A stretch of 64,000 nucleotides of DNA from a virus, in the IMG/VR virus record IMGVR_UViG_3300021963_000080, positions 22,562-86,561 of that record; one strand, 5' to 3'. The position numbers were made by a program, and so were the translations under genes. The notes beneath the pieces are model-generated. The model was given only the letters and a program-made list of their open reading frames with translations, was not told the origin of the DNA and ran no database searches. Position 1 is the stretch's first letter. Each line of letters starts with the position of its first letter. Of the stretch, positions 1 through 8,109 are shown in pieces.

Positions 1-1
1 T

Positions 2-115
2 CCAAAGCTGAAAGACAGAATTATGGATGTTGCTGAAGCATTCAACTTCGACGTCAAATTCAAAACAACTCCAGGCAATATGTGGGGTGGTCCTGCATTC
101 ATCGTTAAACTGTAA
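2..115 (+). CDS. 3' end of hypothetical protein (truncated by window edge)
   Basis: Open frame PKLKDRIMDVAEAF...FIVKL* ending just before the AAGGA RBS of the next gene. Confidence 0.6.
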   Translation, partial: PKLKDRIMDVAEAFNFDVKFKTTPGNMWGGPAFIVKL

Positions 116-123
116 GGAATAAT

Positions 124-426
124 ATGCTGACTCAAATCGACGAGCAAATCGAAAAGCTGATGTGGGATTTCATCCACAACGATTGCAAAGTAGGCGATCG
201 CGAGAAGACTGGTTTGGATCCACGTGCGTTCATAGGGACGTTCTGGTATAATTATGATGCAATCATTATCGTGAAGGGTAATGAGCGAGTGCTTAATTAT
301 TATGGTGGTTTTGAATATATTGATGCTGATTATATTCGCGAGTATGGAAACTACGTCGTTTATTCAGCAGAAGCTGATCGTGTGCAAGAAGTGTTGGAAA
401 ATTTGATGGAGACGGAAGATGCCTAA
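124..426 (+). CDS. Hypothetical early protein
   Basis: ORF with AAGGA RBS, overlaps next gene. Confidence 0.8.
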   Translation: MLTQIDEQIEKLMWDFIHNDCKVGDREKTGLDPRAFIGTFWYNYDAIIIVKGNERVLNYYGGFEYIDADYIREYGNYVVYSAEADRVQEVLENLMETEDA

Positions 427-916
427 TTGGTGTATGAATTCATTGCAGATCTCGGGGTCTGTAGAGCAGATTAAGGAAATCAACGAAAAGCTGGAAGCCT
501 GCAAGGGTGAAGACTTTTTCGATATCTTCATCAAGAACGCAAAAGAAGCGGGTAGGGATGAAGACTGGTATTCATACAATCACGAGCACTATGGTTGCAA
601 ATGGAACTGTACTGCTGCGAGCTGGGATGTAGACGGAGACGGAACAACAATCACTATCGCATTTGATAGTCCGTGGGCTCCTCCAATGCAAGTATTTGAA
701 ACGATTCAGAATACTCCAGGCCTCTCTGTATGCGCTCAATACTACGAACCAGGAATGGGATTCGTTGGAGAATATAATGATGGCAGTGACGACTACTATG
801 ATTATGGTGGTTGCACATCAGAAGACATCTATGACAACGTCCCTGCAGAGCTAGTCGATAGCTGGGGAATCTATGAGCAGATGGTAGAGTACGAACAAGA
901 AAATAGCGAAGAATAG
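419..916 (+). CDS. DUF1281/Api92-like ferredoxin-fold protein
   Basis: MPNWCxN start, WY..N..HYGCKW and FDSPWAPP, YYEPGMGF motifs typical of this family. Confidence 0.7.
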   Translation: MPNWCMNSLQISGSVEQIKEINEKLEACKGEDFFDIFIKNAKEAGRDEDWYSYNHEHYGCKWNCTAASWDVDGDGTTITIAFDSPWAPPMQVFETIQNTPGLSVCAQYYEPGMGFVGEYNDGSDDYYDYGGCTSEDIYDNVPAELVDSWGIYEQMVEYEQENSEE

Positions 917-921
917 CCTAG

Positions 922-950
922 TTGACCTTTTATTCGAAATAAAGGACAAT
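922..950 (+). promoter_or_regulatory. Early sigma70-type promoter (copy 1)
   Basis: TTGACC-17 nt-GACAAT; repeated near-identically upstream of several early genes. Confidence 0.8.
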
Positions 951-981
951 GGATCCATAAGTTGAGAAAAGAAAGGGAAAT

Positions 982-1848
982 ATGGAAATTCGTTATGAGG
1001 GCGATCAGTTCGTCGCGGTTAATAATGGTGTTGTTGTAGCAAGCTCTAAGAACAAAGACTATCTCAAGCGCAAAGTTGCTGCGATGGTTGAGTCTATGCC
1101 TGCTAAGCCTAAGGCTGTCGAGCAGTTCGCAATCAATGATCGGTTCACATTCACTGATCAGTTGGTTAAGATGGTTGCTAAGGGGCAGACTGCGTCTTGT
1201 GTTATCACGGGCGAAGGCGGCCTTGGCAAATCATTCACTGTGATGAAGGCCTTGCGCGATGCTGGATTGAAAGATGTATCTGAGCTGCCAATTGGCGAAG
1301 TGATTCCTCCTCGTGGCTGCTTCCGTGTGGTTAAGGGGTTCTCTACAGCGAAGGGCCTGTATCGAATCCTATTTGAGAACCAGAATTCTATTATTGTATT
1401 CGATGATTGTGACTCTATTCTCAAAGATCCAGATGCATTGAACTTGCTGAAGGGTGCGTTGGATTCATATGACAAGCGTTACATCACATGGAATACTAGT
1501 ATTAATGATGATGGGCTGCCTCGTAGCTTTGAATTCAAGGGTGGAGTCGTGTTTGTATCGAATATGAGCTCGGATAAGATCAGCCAAGCTATACGTTCAC
1601 GTGCGATGAATGTCGATTTGTCTATGACTACCGACCAGAAGATCGAGCGTATGGAGACGATTATGCGTTCAGATGAGTTTATGTACGATGTTCCAATGCC
1701 TTTCAAGATTGAGAGCTTGGATTTGATTCGTCAAAACAAGGATACTGCATCGGAAATCTCGTTGAGAACGTTGATTAATGTGACGAAGATCCGCAATTCT
1801 GGCAACAGTAACTGGGCTTCCCTCGCAAAATACATGCTGGTTAACTGA
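982..1848 (+). CDS. P-loop AAA-type ATPase
   Basis: Walker A GEGGLGKS, Walker B IIVFDDCD, arginine-finger-like AIRSR. Confidence 0.8.
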   Translation: MEIRYEGDQFVAVNNGVVVASSKNKDYLKRKVAAMVESMPAKPKAVEQFAINDRFTFTDQLVKMVAKGQTASCVITGEGGLGKSFTVMKALRDAGLKDVSELPIGEVIPPRGCFRVVKGFSTAKGLYRILFENQNSIIVFDDCDSILKDPDALNLLKGALDSYDKRYITWNTSINDDGLPRSFEFKGGVVFVSNMSSDKISQAIRSRAMNVDLSMTTDQKIERMETIMRSDEFMYDVPMPFKIESLDLIRQNKDTASEISLRTLINVTKIRNSGNSNWASLAKYMLVN

Positions 1849-1851
1849 TTG

Positions 1852-1880
1852 TTGACCTTTTGTTCGAAATAATGGACAAT
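1852..1880 (+). promoter_or_regulatory. Early promoter (copy 2)
   Basis: TTGACC-17-GACAAT. Confidence 0.8.
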
Positions 1881-1905
1881 GGGTCATAGTGAAAAAGGAA
1901 TTATT

Positions 1906-2358
1906 ATGAAAACATATTCGAAAAGAACGGTTGTAAACGAGCGAGATGCCCGTAACACCGAGCTGACTGACCGTCTCAACCACTATAATGACTGGTTGAT
2001 GGACGAAAAACGTGAATTTCCTTCCGTTTATCCTGGATACCCCGGCGATAAAGGGAAGAAACCAACTACCGTGGTGGTAGAAAAGCCGAAATCGGCTCCT
2101 GTAAAACGTGAAAAAGGACGTAAATCTGTTATGAGTATTCAAACTGTAGGTATCAAAGTCGCTCGTTCGACTGTAAACAAGGCCCCTAAGGCCGGAACTA
2201 AGCAAGCTAAGGCGATTGAGATCGTTCGTAAGCTCGGTGTTGAGCAAAAAGCTCAGGCAATCGATGCTATTATGAGCGAATTGTCGATGTCTAAGGCTGG
2301 TGCGACGACTTATTTCCACAATAGCCGTCACACAATCGCGCGCGAAGCTTCTAAATGA
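1906..2358 (+). CDS. Basic hypothetical protein, possible C-terminal HTH DNA-binding domain
   Basis: ATG 1906 after AAAGGA; Lys-rich linker, helical C-terminus IDAIMSELSMSKAGATTYF. Confidence 0.7.
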   Translation: MKTYSKRTVVNERDARNTELTDRLNHYNDWLMDEKREFPSVYPGYPGDKGKKPTTVVVEKPKSAPVKREKGRKSVMSIQTVGIKVARSTVNKAPKAGTKQAKAIEIVRKLGVEQKAQAIDAIMSELSMSKAGATTYFHNSRHTIAREASK

Positions 2359-2570
2359 AGTACTGGCTGCTGATTGCCCTGTTCGATTATCAGGGGAATT
2401 TCGTCGGGAAGGTCCAGCAAGGACCATTCCCCGACAAGCCAGCGTGCATTGCTGCGTCTAAAATGACGGCTCCCGTGCTAGGCGATCCCCCTGCAAAGTC
2501 TCGCTGCTTCTCTGACGACCATGTCAAAGGGAAATCAATCGACAAAGGCCCCCCATTCTTGCAAGACTAA
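2355..2570 (+). CDS. Small hypothetical protein with hydrophobic N-terminus
   Basis: ATGA overlap with upstream gene; MKYWLLIAL, two Cys. Confidence 0.65.
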   Translation: MKYWLLIALFDYQGNFVGKVQQGPFPDKPACIAASKMTAPVLGDPPAKSRCFSDDHVKGKSIDKGPPFLQD

Positions 2571-2586
2571 CATTAAGGACATTATA

Positions 2587-2859
2587 ATGTATACAGTATA
2601 TAAATTGACAAACCAGAAAAACCGATCACAGACGTATATCGGAACGACTGGCAACGTTGAAAAGCGAATGGAGTTGCACCAATCGCGAGCTCGAGGTGGT
2701 TTCGGATCGAATCTTCCAATCTCCAAAGCAATTAGCCGTGTGGGATTCAACAACTTCAAACTGACTTTGCTCGCCGAATTCCGCTCGCAGCACCAAGCAC
2801 GTGCGCACGAGCGAGAGTTGATTGACACTTTAGAGCCCACACTCAACGTAAACGCTTGA
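2587..2859 (+). CDS. Stand-alone GIY-YIG nuclease domain protein
   Basis: TVYKLTN...YIGTT...R...H...E...LN pattern; RBS AAGGA before ATG 2587. Confidence 0.75.
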   Translation: MYTVYKLTNQKNRSQTYIGTTGNVEKRMELHQSRARGGFGSNLPISKAISRVGFNNFKLTLLAEFRSQHQARAHERELIDTLEPTLNVNA

Positions 2860-2882
2860 TTTCCCAGGGTTTTATAAACCTG

Positions 2883-2911
2883 TTGACCTTTTTACAAAAT
2901 AAAAGGACAAT
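2883..2911 (+). promoter_or_regulatory. Early promoter (copy 3)
   Basis: TTGACC-17-GACAAT. Confidence 0.8.
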
Positions 2912-2941
2912 GGGGGTATGTTAAATGAGAAAGGGAATGAA

Positions 2942-3211
2942 ATGACGGAATTCGAAAGCAAGTGCTACGGTATCTCTGAAGCCACCATCCGCAAGGAATA
3001 CATGAACTCTTTCACTGGTCGGATGACTGGTGTGGAAATGGTTGCAATGGGTGTTTTGTCAGATGCTCAAGAGCTGATGACGTTTGGTCACGATCAAGCG
3101 CTTGATCAAGCTCGTAAGAATATTAACATCGCTAAGTTCATTCTTTCTGAAATGATGGATGATCGCTTGGCTGCTGATAATTCTAAGAAGATTCACAAGG
3201 TGGCCGCATGA
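2942..3211 (+). CDS. Hypothetical early protein
   Basis: ORF after promoter and AAGGG RBS. Confidence 0.75.
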   Translation: MTEFESKCYGISEATIRKEYMNSFTGRMTGVEMVAMGVLSDAQELMTFGHDQALDQARKNINIAKFILSEMMDDRLAADNSKKIHKVAA

Positions 3212-3234
3212 GCGGTTGGAGGAAAAGACAAATT

Positions 3235-3414
3235 ATGAGTAAAATGTCAGAACTAGCAATCGAGATCGAGGAAGGTATCGAGCAAGGCCAATCAATCGAC
3301 GAATTGGTTGATGGTATTGTTGGATTCGGTCTCTCGAGATCGTATGCATTGAAGTTGGTTAATAACGTTGTTGATTTGTACTGCAAAGAAAAGGACGGCT
3401 ATGAAATTCAGTAA
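3235..3414 (+). CDS. Small hypothetical protein
   Basis: MSKMSELAIEIEE start after GGAGG. Confidence 0.7.
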   Translation: MSKMSELAIEIEEGIEQGQSIDELVDGIVGFGLSRSYALKLVNNVVDLYCKEKDGYEIQ

Positions 3415-3697
3415 AGATGCGTTGGTTAATGGAACGAGCTTTAAGGGTGACTTCTATGCTTACTACCACGAGATCGTAGAGGTCTTTGGTGAGCCAGATC
3501 ATGGCCCGAACAATTTTGAACATGATAAGGTCACATGCGAGTGGGATCTTGAATTCGAAGACGGCACGGTTGCTACGATCTATGATTGGAAGGAACCAGA
3601 AACGCCAATGGGTCGCTATTTGTGGCACATAGGTGGTAAGTCGTACGAGGCCGTAGATCGTGTGCTGGAAACAATGGGCCGGTCTATTGCGGTGTAA
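3401..3697 (+). CDS. Hypothetical protein
   Basis: RBS AAGGA; KVTCEW...ATIYDWK...WHIGG pattern. Confidence 0.75.
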   Translation: MKFSKDALVNGTSFKGDFYAYYHEIVEVFGEPDHGPNNFEHDKVTCEWDLEFEDGTVATIYDWKEPETPMGRYLWHIGGKSYEAVDRVLETMGRSIAV

Positions 3698-3702
3698 AGC
3701 AG

Positions 3703-3731
3703 TTGACCTTTTTTCAAATAAACGGGATAAT
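3703..3731 (+). promoter_or_regulatory. Early promoter (copy 4)
   Basis: TTGACC-17-GATAAT. Confidence 0.8.
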
Positions 3732-3761
3732 GGATTCATAATTTGAAAAAGGGGAACGAAG

Positions 3762-3935
3762 ATGGTTTTTGATGAGATAACGATTGAAGAAGATCCACAG
3801 TACGAAGCATATCAGCTTCAGCTGGAATATCAGCAGTACTTGGAGTCAGATGAGTTCATTGATGAGATAAACGCAGAGTTGCAAATTATCTCTCAACAAG
3901 AAAAAGAACTCAACTCTGTTGACTTCATTGTTTAA
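3762..3935 (+). CDS. 57-aa highly acidic protein (not in ORF track)
   Basis: MVFDEITIEEDPQYEAYQ...DFIV*, after promoter and AAGGGG RBS. Confidence 0.75.
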   Translation: MVFDEITIEEDPQYEAYQLQLEYQQYLESDEFIDEINAELQIISQQEKELNSVDFIV

Positions 3936-3947
3936 TTCAGGGATAAT
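3919..3947 (+). promoter_or_regulatory. Early promoter (variant)
   Basis: TTGACT-17-GATAAT. Confidence 0.7.
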
Positions 3948-3970
3948 CAACTTGTTGGAAAGGAAATAGT

Positions 3971-4120
3971 ATGCGATTCGAAGATATCGTTAAAGTGTTG
4001 ATGGGCGAAGCCCAAGCGGTTGTGGATGCAGTGGAAGCTGCGCTGCAGTCTGATGTGACACAGTCACGCGTCTATAATAAGGGCGTGTTGGCTATGCAGG
4101 TTGAGTTCCAACCAAAATGA
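3971..4120 (+). CDS. 49-aa hypothetical protein (not in ORF track)
   Basis: MRFEDIVKVLMGE...FQPK*, AAAGGA RBS. Confidence 0.65.
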   Translation: MRFEDIVKVLMGEAQAVVDAVEAALQSDVTQSRVYNKGVLAMQVEFQPK

Positions 4121-4520
4121 CGTAGAGCGAGCTCGTCAACTCGCAAAGCCTTAGCCTATCGGGAGATACGCGACAGGCACTATATTGAAGTGCTCTTGTA
4201 AAGCTAGATGCGTGCGCGCATATGTGGAGAGTATTTCAATATGGGTTACCAACTCCAGTAGGGAGTATGCTAGGTACAATGTGATCGACGGATCGCGCCT
4301 GAGCGTACTTCATGAAGCCACCCGACGGTGCTGGAACAAGTTGGCGCGTAATGTGGACCAAACCTAATCGCAAGACGATTGCGTGAGAAGCTGGATGGAG
4401 TTCCAGAACGGTTAGGCCACCCCGTATTGATTAATCCGCAAGGAGAGACCGGGATATCCGGCACCAGTGGGCAGACTGGTGAATTTACCACTTTTTCCCC
4501 CGCCTTGATTTGTCAAGGCC
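4118..4520 (+). ncRNA. Candidate large structured non-coding RNA
   Basis: No credible ORF; more than 10 consecutive stem-loops including GNRA loops and G-U pairs; ends at a terminator. Confidence 0.55.
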
Positions 4521-4526
4521 TTCTCA

Positions 4527-4554
4527 GCCCCCGCATTCGCGGGGGTCTTTTTTT
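4527..4554 (+). terminator. Rho-independent terminator
   Basis: GCCCCCGC-ATTC-GCGGGGGT followed by T run. Confidence 0.85.
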
Positions 4555-4557
4555 GTG

Positions 4558-4586
4558 TTGACCTTTTATCGGAAATAAAGGACAAT
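4558..4586 (+). promoter_or_regulatory. Early promoter (copy 5)
   Basis: TTGACC-17-GACAAT. Confidence 0.8.
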
Positions 4587-4617
4587 GGGGTCATAGTTTG
4601 AAAAAAGGGAGAAAATT

Positions 4618-4956
4618 ATGATGTTGGTTATTCGCACACAATTGATGGAAAACTACGGTGCTCACGACTGGGACGGTGAAGGCGAGTGCCCTCAGTACTG
4701 GAAGATGAAGGGTGGTTCAGAATTCAAGATCGCCAATGTTCCATTAAACATCGACCATGCAGTCGTTGTTGAGATGGCTGGTGTGGAGGAGTCCAACGAT
4801 CACTATCGTGTCTCAATCATCGATTGGTCTATCGAATCTAATGACTATCTCTCTTGGTTTGAGCAATCACAGCTTGACTACGAAGGATTCATTCAATGTA
4901 AAGAGCCCCGAATTGAATATTCGGAATTGCAAGCAAAGTACGCGGAGGCAGTATGA
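4618..4956 (+). CDS. Conserved hypothetical phage protein
   Basis: TQLMENYGAHDWDGEGECPQYWKMKGG motif; GGGAG RBS. Confidence 0.8.
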   Translation: MMLVIRTQLMENYGAHDWDGEGECPQYWKMKGGSEFKIANVPLNIDHAVVVEMAGVEESNDHYRVSIIDWSIESNDYLSWFEQSQLDYEGFIQCKEPRIEYSELQAKYAEAV

Positions 4957-5159
4957 GTTATTTTAAGATGGATCACGGCAGTCCATTTGATCGTGGCAAT
5001 GCAGACAGTTACTACGGAAGACCAAAGGATCCTCACAAGGGTGGCGTTGGTGGAGACTCTGGCCCTAGGGTAGTAGATCTCACTGCACAAGAGCTTTGGC
5101 AATACAATGCTGGGTACGATTACAACGAACTGTTTGGAGATAGAAAATCATGGGATTGA
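4953..5159 (+). CDS. Hypothetical protein
   Basis: HGSPFDRGNADSYYGR motif; ATGA overlap. Confidence 0.75.
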   Translation: MSYFKMDHGSPFDRGNADSYYGRPKDPHKGGVGGDSGPRVVDLTAQELWQYNAGYDYNELFGDRKSWD

Positions 5160-5389
5160 ATGACATTCAAATCGAGGGACTTAGTCCCGTGCAAATGGAG
5201 ATCGCGGACGTCCTATGGAAGTTCGATACACTCGATCAGATTGACTCGTGGATTGCCAAGATTCCTACCCGCAGAGGCCGTATTGACGCTCGCGTAGTGC
5301 AAAACATGATGGTCGCAGCGGTCCTAGATCAGCAAGATCCGGACGTAGAAGAAGCCGGCCACTATTTGCGGGCGATCCAAGGCCGTTGA
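5150..5389 (+). CDS. Hypothetical protein
   Basis: Coupled ORF with GGAG RBS. Confidence 0.7.
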   Translation: MGLNDIQIEGLSPVQMEIADVLWKFDTLDQIDSWIAKIPTRRGRIDARVVQNMMVAAVLDQQDPDVEEAGHYLRAIQGR

Positions 5390-5414
5390 CCTTTTTGTCA
5401 GAAAAGGGGATAAT
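5386..5414 (+). promoter_or_regulatory. Early promoter (copy 6)
   Basis: TTGACC-17-GATAAT. Confidence 0.8.
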
Positions 5415-5443
5415 GGGATATATTAATTCGAAAGGGAAAGAAA

Positions 5444-5572
5444 ATGGATTACGTAGATTTCAGCAAAGACCGTAAATTGGACAAGATTCAAGAGTTCGGT
5501 TTTAAGGCAGTTGGTTATGTGTTGGCGTTTGGTGCCGGCTTTGTGTTTTGCATGTTGGCTTTTGGAGTTTAA
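5444..5572 (+). CDS. 42-aa single-pass membrane protein (not in ORF track)
   Basis: MDYVDFSKDRKLDKIQEFGFKAVGYVLAFGAGFVFCMLAFGV*; AAGGG RBS. Confidence 0.65.
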   Translation: MDYVDFSKDRKLDKIQEFGFKAVGYVLAFGAGFVFCMLAFGV

Positions 5573-5574
5573 TT

Positions 5575-5841
5575 ATGAATATCTCAAATTTGGAACAATA
5601 CGTCGAGCGTAAGAATTCATGGGGTCGTATTTTCAACAGCAAGCAGTTGTCTTTGTTGAATGCGAAGGATCGTCAGTCAATCGCAAATTCAATCGATGCG
5701 GACATGAGTCCTGAGAATTTGACATGCGATGGTGAGTTGCCTCGCAACCAAGTTCGTGCACGTGTCAAGTTCCTCTCTCGCTGTGCTGAGGAGTTGCTGT
5801 CAATCGATCCAAACGTCACTTTTTCTGAGATGGGAGTTTAA
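5575..5841 (+). CDS. Hypothetical protein
   Basis: GGAG RBS before ATG 5575; SPENLTCDGEL motif. Confidence 0.75.
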   Translation: MNISNLEQYVERKNSWGRIFNSKQLSLLNAKDRQSIANSIDADMSPENLTCDGELPRNQVRARVKFLSRCAEELLSIDPNVTFSEMGV

Positions 5842-5843
5842 TT

Positions 5844-6041
5844 ATGTACAACGTCGTTGAAAATCCGATTCCCCGCAGTGGTTTGTTTGCAACTCCGACT
5901 CTGGATCAGATCGCAAACCAGATCGAGGGATTCCCTCCCGAGCAAAAAGCTCAGCTGTATTTGGTGATGCAATTGACACTCAATGCATGTCACCAGCTCG
6001 TGGAAGACAAGATCCTGTCGAAGGAAATCTTCGCATGCTGA
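5844..6041 (+). CDS. Hypothetical protein
   Basis: GGGAG RBS, tight packing. Confidence 0.7.
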   Translation: MYNVVENPIPRSGLFATPTLDQIANQIEGFPPEQKAQLYLVMQLTLNACHQLVEDKILSKEIFAC

Positions 6042-6334
6042 TGTTGGCTGAGCAGACTCAGTGGACTGACGGTCTTAAGAACGGCGTCTATTTGACAGAC
6101 GATTCGAAGTCCAAGATGCTGGGGTTTGCAAAGCACGGGAGTTCTGAATTCAAGATGTTCAAACACCCGATTCGGTTTGACATCAGGGGACGCAAGTTCC
6201 TCGAGCTGATGAGAGTGCCTGATGAACAAGAGGGCAGAAAAGTCGAGGGTTCTAAGGGGGCCGTATATTATGTGCTAGACAATAAGTGCACGTGCCCGGG
6301 TTTTAAATACAGAGGAGAATGCAAGCATGTTTAA
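6035..6334 (+). CDS. SWIM zinc-finger protein
   Basis: C-terminal CTCPGFKYRGECKH (CxC-xn-CxH); start uncertain. Confidence 0.7.
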   Translation: MLMLAEQTQWTDGLKNGVYLTDDSKSKMLGFAKHGSSEFKMFKHPIRFDIRGRKFLELMRVPDEQEGRKVEGSKGAVYYVLDNKCTCPGFKYRGECKHV

Positions 6335-6590
6335 TACACAATCAACATCAAAGGCTAGACTGAAGAACGACACTCTCGGAGAAGACGCTCTGACAGGACT
6401 CTATGATGCATTCGTCAAGATGCCCGATGCGGAGTTCGAAGCTCTCTGCGTCTCAGTCGTACAGGCTGGCGGTGGCAAGCAACCACGCAAGGATGAGATC
6501 ATCGCTGCGATCTACGCTACGAACTCTAAGAGCAGTAAGCTGAAGAAGGCACAGGACTTCATCCTAGCAGGGATGGGACTAGGCGTCTGA
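6327..6590 (+). CDS. Hypothetical protein
   Basis: AGGAG RBS. Confidence 0.7.
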   Translation: MFNTQSTSKARLKNDTLGEDALTGLYDAFVKMPDAEFEALCVSVVQAGGGKQPRKDEIIAAIYATNSKSSKLKKAQDFILAGMGLGV

Positions 6591-6709
6591 CGCTGGGGGC
6601 GAAAGCCCCATGGGGGGGTATTTTAGTTTCCGGATTTATATAACGGCCGTACGTATAATCAACGACCCCCCATTTCATTCCAAATCCGGTTTCTAACTAA
6701 ATCGCAGTC

Positions 6710-6784
6710 TGAAATTTTTTTGCGGGGGGGCTGGTTCCAAATTGCGTTTTATATAAAAGCGCCGGTTGAAATTTTTTTGCGGGG
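6710..6784. repeat. 18-bp direct repeat flanking a 12-bp palindrome
   Basis: TGAAATTTTTTTGCGGGG at 6710 and 6767; TTTTATATAAAA at 6747-6758. Confidence 0.8.
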
Positions 6785-6854
6785 AAAACCACGCAAAGTT
6801 GCCTTTTATAATGTTTTGCTGTATTGTGAGTAAATTAACTAAGGAGAGTGTGTT

Positions 6855-7226
6855 ATGGGGATGTATGTCTACAGAGTAACAAAGGACCGTGTTGTGATTG
6901 ATGGTAGGAAATGTCAGATCGCTATATTTGCCTACAAACCTACTTACAGTGGATCTATGATCGGGGACAAGTATTTGTCTGCTGAACAGATTAATACAAA
7001 GTGGGCATTTAGGTCTGGGTGTATGGCTAAGACTAATATTACTACAGATTACATTGCTATTATGTCTAATGATAAAGTACACTGTACTGTATACGGGAAT
7101 CCTAATAGGCTAAGGACATTCTATGATGATGTTACAATGGGAACCGACAAAATGCCGTATATTGCAAGTTATGAGCTAAGGGAAGGCGTGTATCACTGTT
7201 CTGAGCCGGAGTTACAATATGCTTGA
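6855..7226 (+). CDS. Hypothetical protein
   Basis: AAGGAG RBS. Confidence 0.7.
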   Translation: MGMYVYRVTKDRVVIDGRKCQIAIFAYKPTYSGSMIGDKYLSAEQINTKWAFRSGCMAKTNITTDYIAIMSNDKVHCTVYGNPNRLRTFYDDVTMGTDKMPYIASYELREGVYHCSEPELQYA

Positions 7227-7617
7227 TTGCCTAATACTAGGAGATAGTATTGCAGCTGGGACGCTGAAAGCAAGGCCTGAATGTGTAGGATATGTTCAAA
7301 GCGGTATTAATAGCCATAATTGGTTGAATAAGTTTGTATCTGATTCTCCGTATGTTGCTGGAACTGTTATTATTAGCTTAGGGTCTAATGATTATAAAGA
7401 TATTAAGACCGAGAGTGAATTGAGAGCTATCAGACAATTGACAAAGGGAAATAGGGTATACTGGATTGTTCCTGCAAATAAGCAGAACATCAAAGATATT
7501 GTTTTCAAAATTGCAAACGACTACCATGACCGTGTTGTCAAGATTGCAGATCTCTCTACAGACGGTGTCCATCCTACTGCAAAAGGATATAAGATGATTG
7601 CGGAGCAAACGAAATGA
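7219..7617 (+). CDS. SGNH/GDSL hydrolase (esterase)
   Basis: ILGDSI block I, GSND block III, DGVHP block V. Confidence 0.85.
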   Translation: MLDCLILGDSIAAGTLKARPECVGYVQSGINSHNWLNKFVSDSPYVAGTVIISLGSNDYKDIKTESELRAIRQLTKGNRVYWIVPANKQNIKDIVFKIANDYHDRVVKIADLSTDGVHPTAKGYKMIAEQTK

Positions 7618-7829
7618 CATGGGAACAATATAAAGAAAATTGTACTACTGAGAATTTAGTACAAATAGCGAAAGAAGCTGGATTTGTTTGCCACTACGAT
7701 CCGTTGCATAAATTCCACTCGATTATCGGAAACGATGATGACCTTCGTCGGTTCTATCAACTAACAGCAGGACAGATCATCCTTGAGCAAATCGCGCAAG
7801 ACGCACAGCGTTTAGGACTATACGAATGA
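7614..7829 (+). CDS. Hypothetical protein
   Basis: ATGA overlaps at both ends. Confidence 0.65.
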   Translation: MTWEQYKENCTTENLVQIAKEAGFVCHYDPLHKFHSIIGNDDDLRRFYQLTAGQIILEQIAQDAQRLGLYE

Positions 7830-8011
7830 GCAGCCGGATGCGAGACCAATTCATTGCGTCTGTCCATGTACTAAAAAATCGGCCTCCTTTGCTGAAGGAG
7901 TGCTTGAAGGCAGCGGAAGTGTGGAAAAAAATCGGGGATTTAACAGCAGAGGAATACGACCTTATTATTGCCGCTACTAAAACACCCGCGGTTTTACAGG
8001 GCGTGAAATAA
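7826..8011 (+). CDS. Hypothetical protein
   Basis: Coupled ORF, AGGA RBS. Confidence 0.6.
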   Translation: MSSRMRDQFIASVHVLKNRPPLLKECLKAAEVWKKIGDLTAEEYDLIIAATKTPAVLQGVK

Positions 8012-8025
8012 TTATCAGAAAACTG

Positions 8026-8054
8026 TTGCCTTTTTATTAAAATAACGTTATAAT
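8026..8054 (+). promoter_or_regulatory. sigma70-type promoter
   Basis: TTGCCT-17-TATAAT. Confidence 0.75.
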
Positions 8055-8109
8055 AGAGTCATGGTGAGAAAAACACCTAATCTTATTAACTTGATGAAGG
8101 ATATTTAAA

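Noticed and set aside
4185-4594. Four 60-73 aa ORFs with alternative starts
   Set aside because: No RBS, atypical composition, mutually overlapping; RNA structure explains the region better
921-5414. Recurring ~30-bp motif considered as a CRISPR repeat
   Set aside because: Copies are 0.8-1 kb apart, separated by genes, and have -35/-10 geometry; no cas genes
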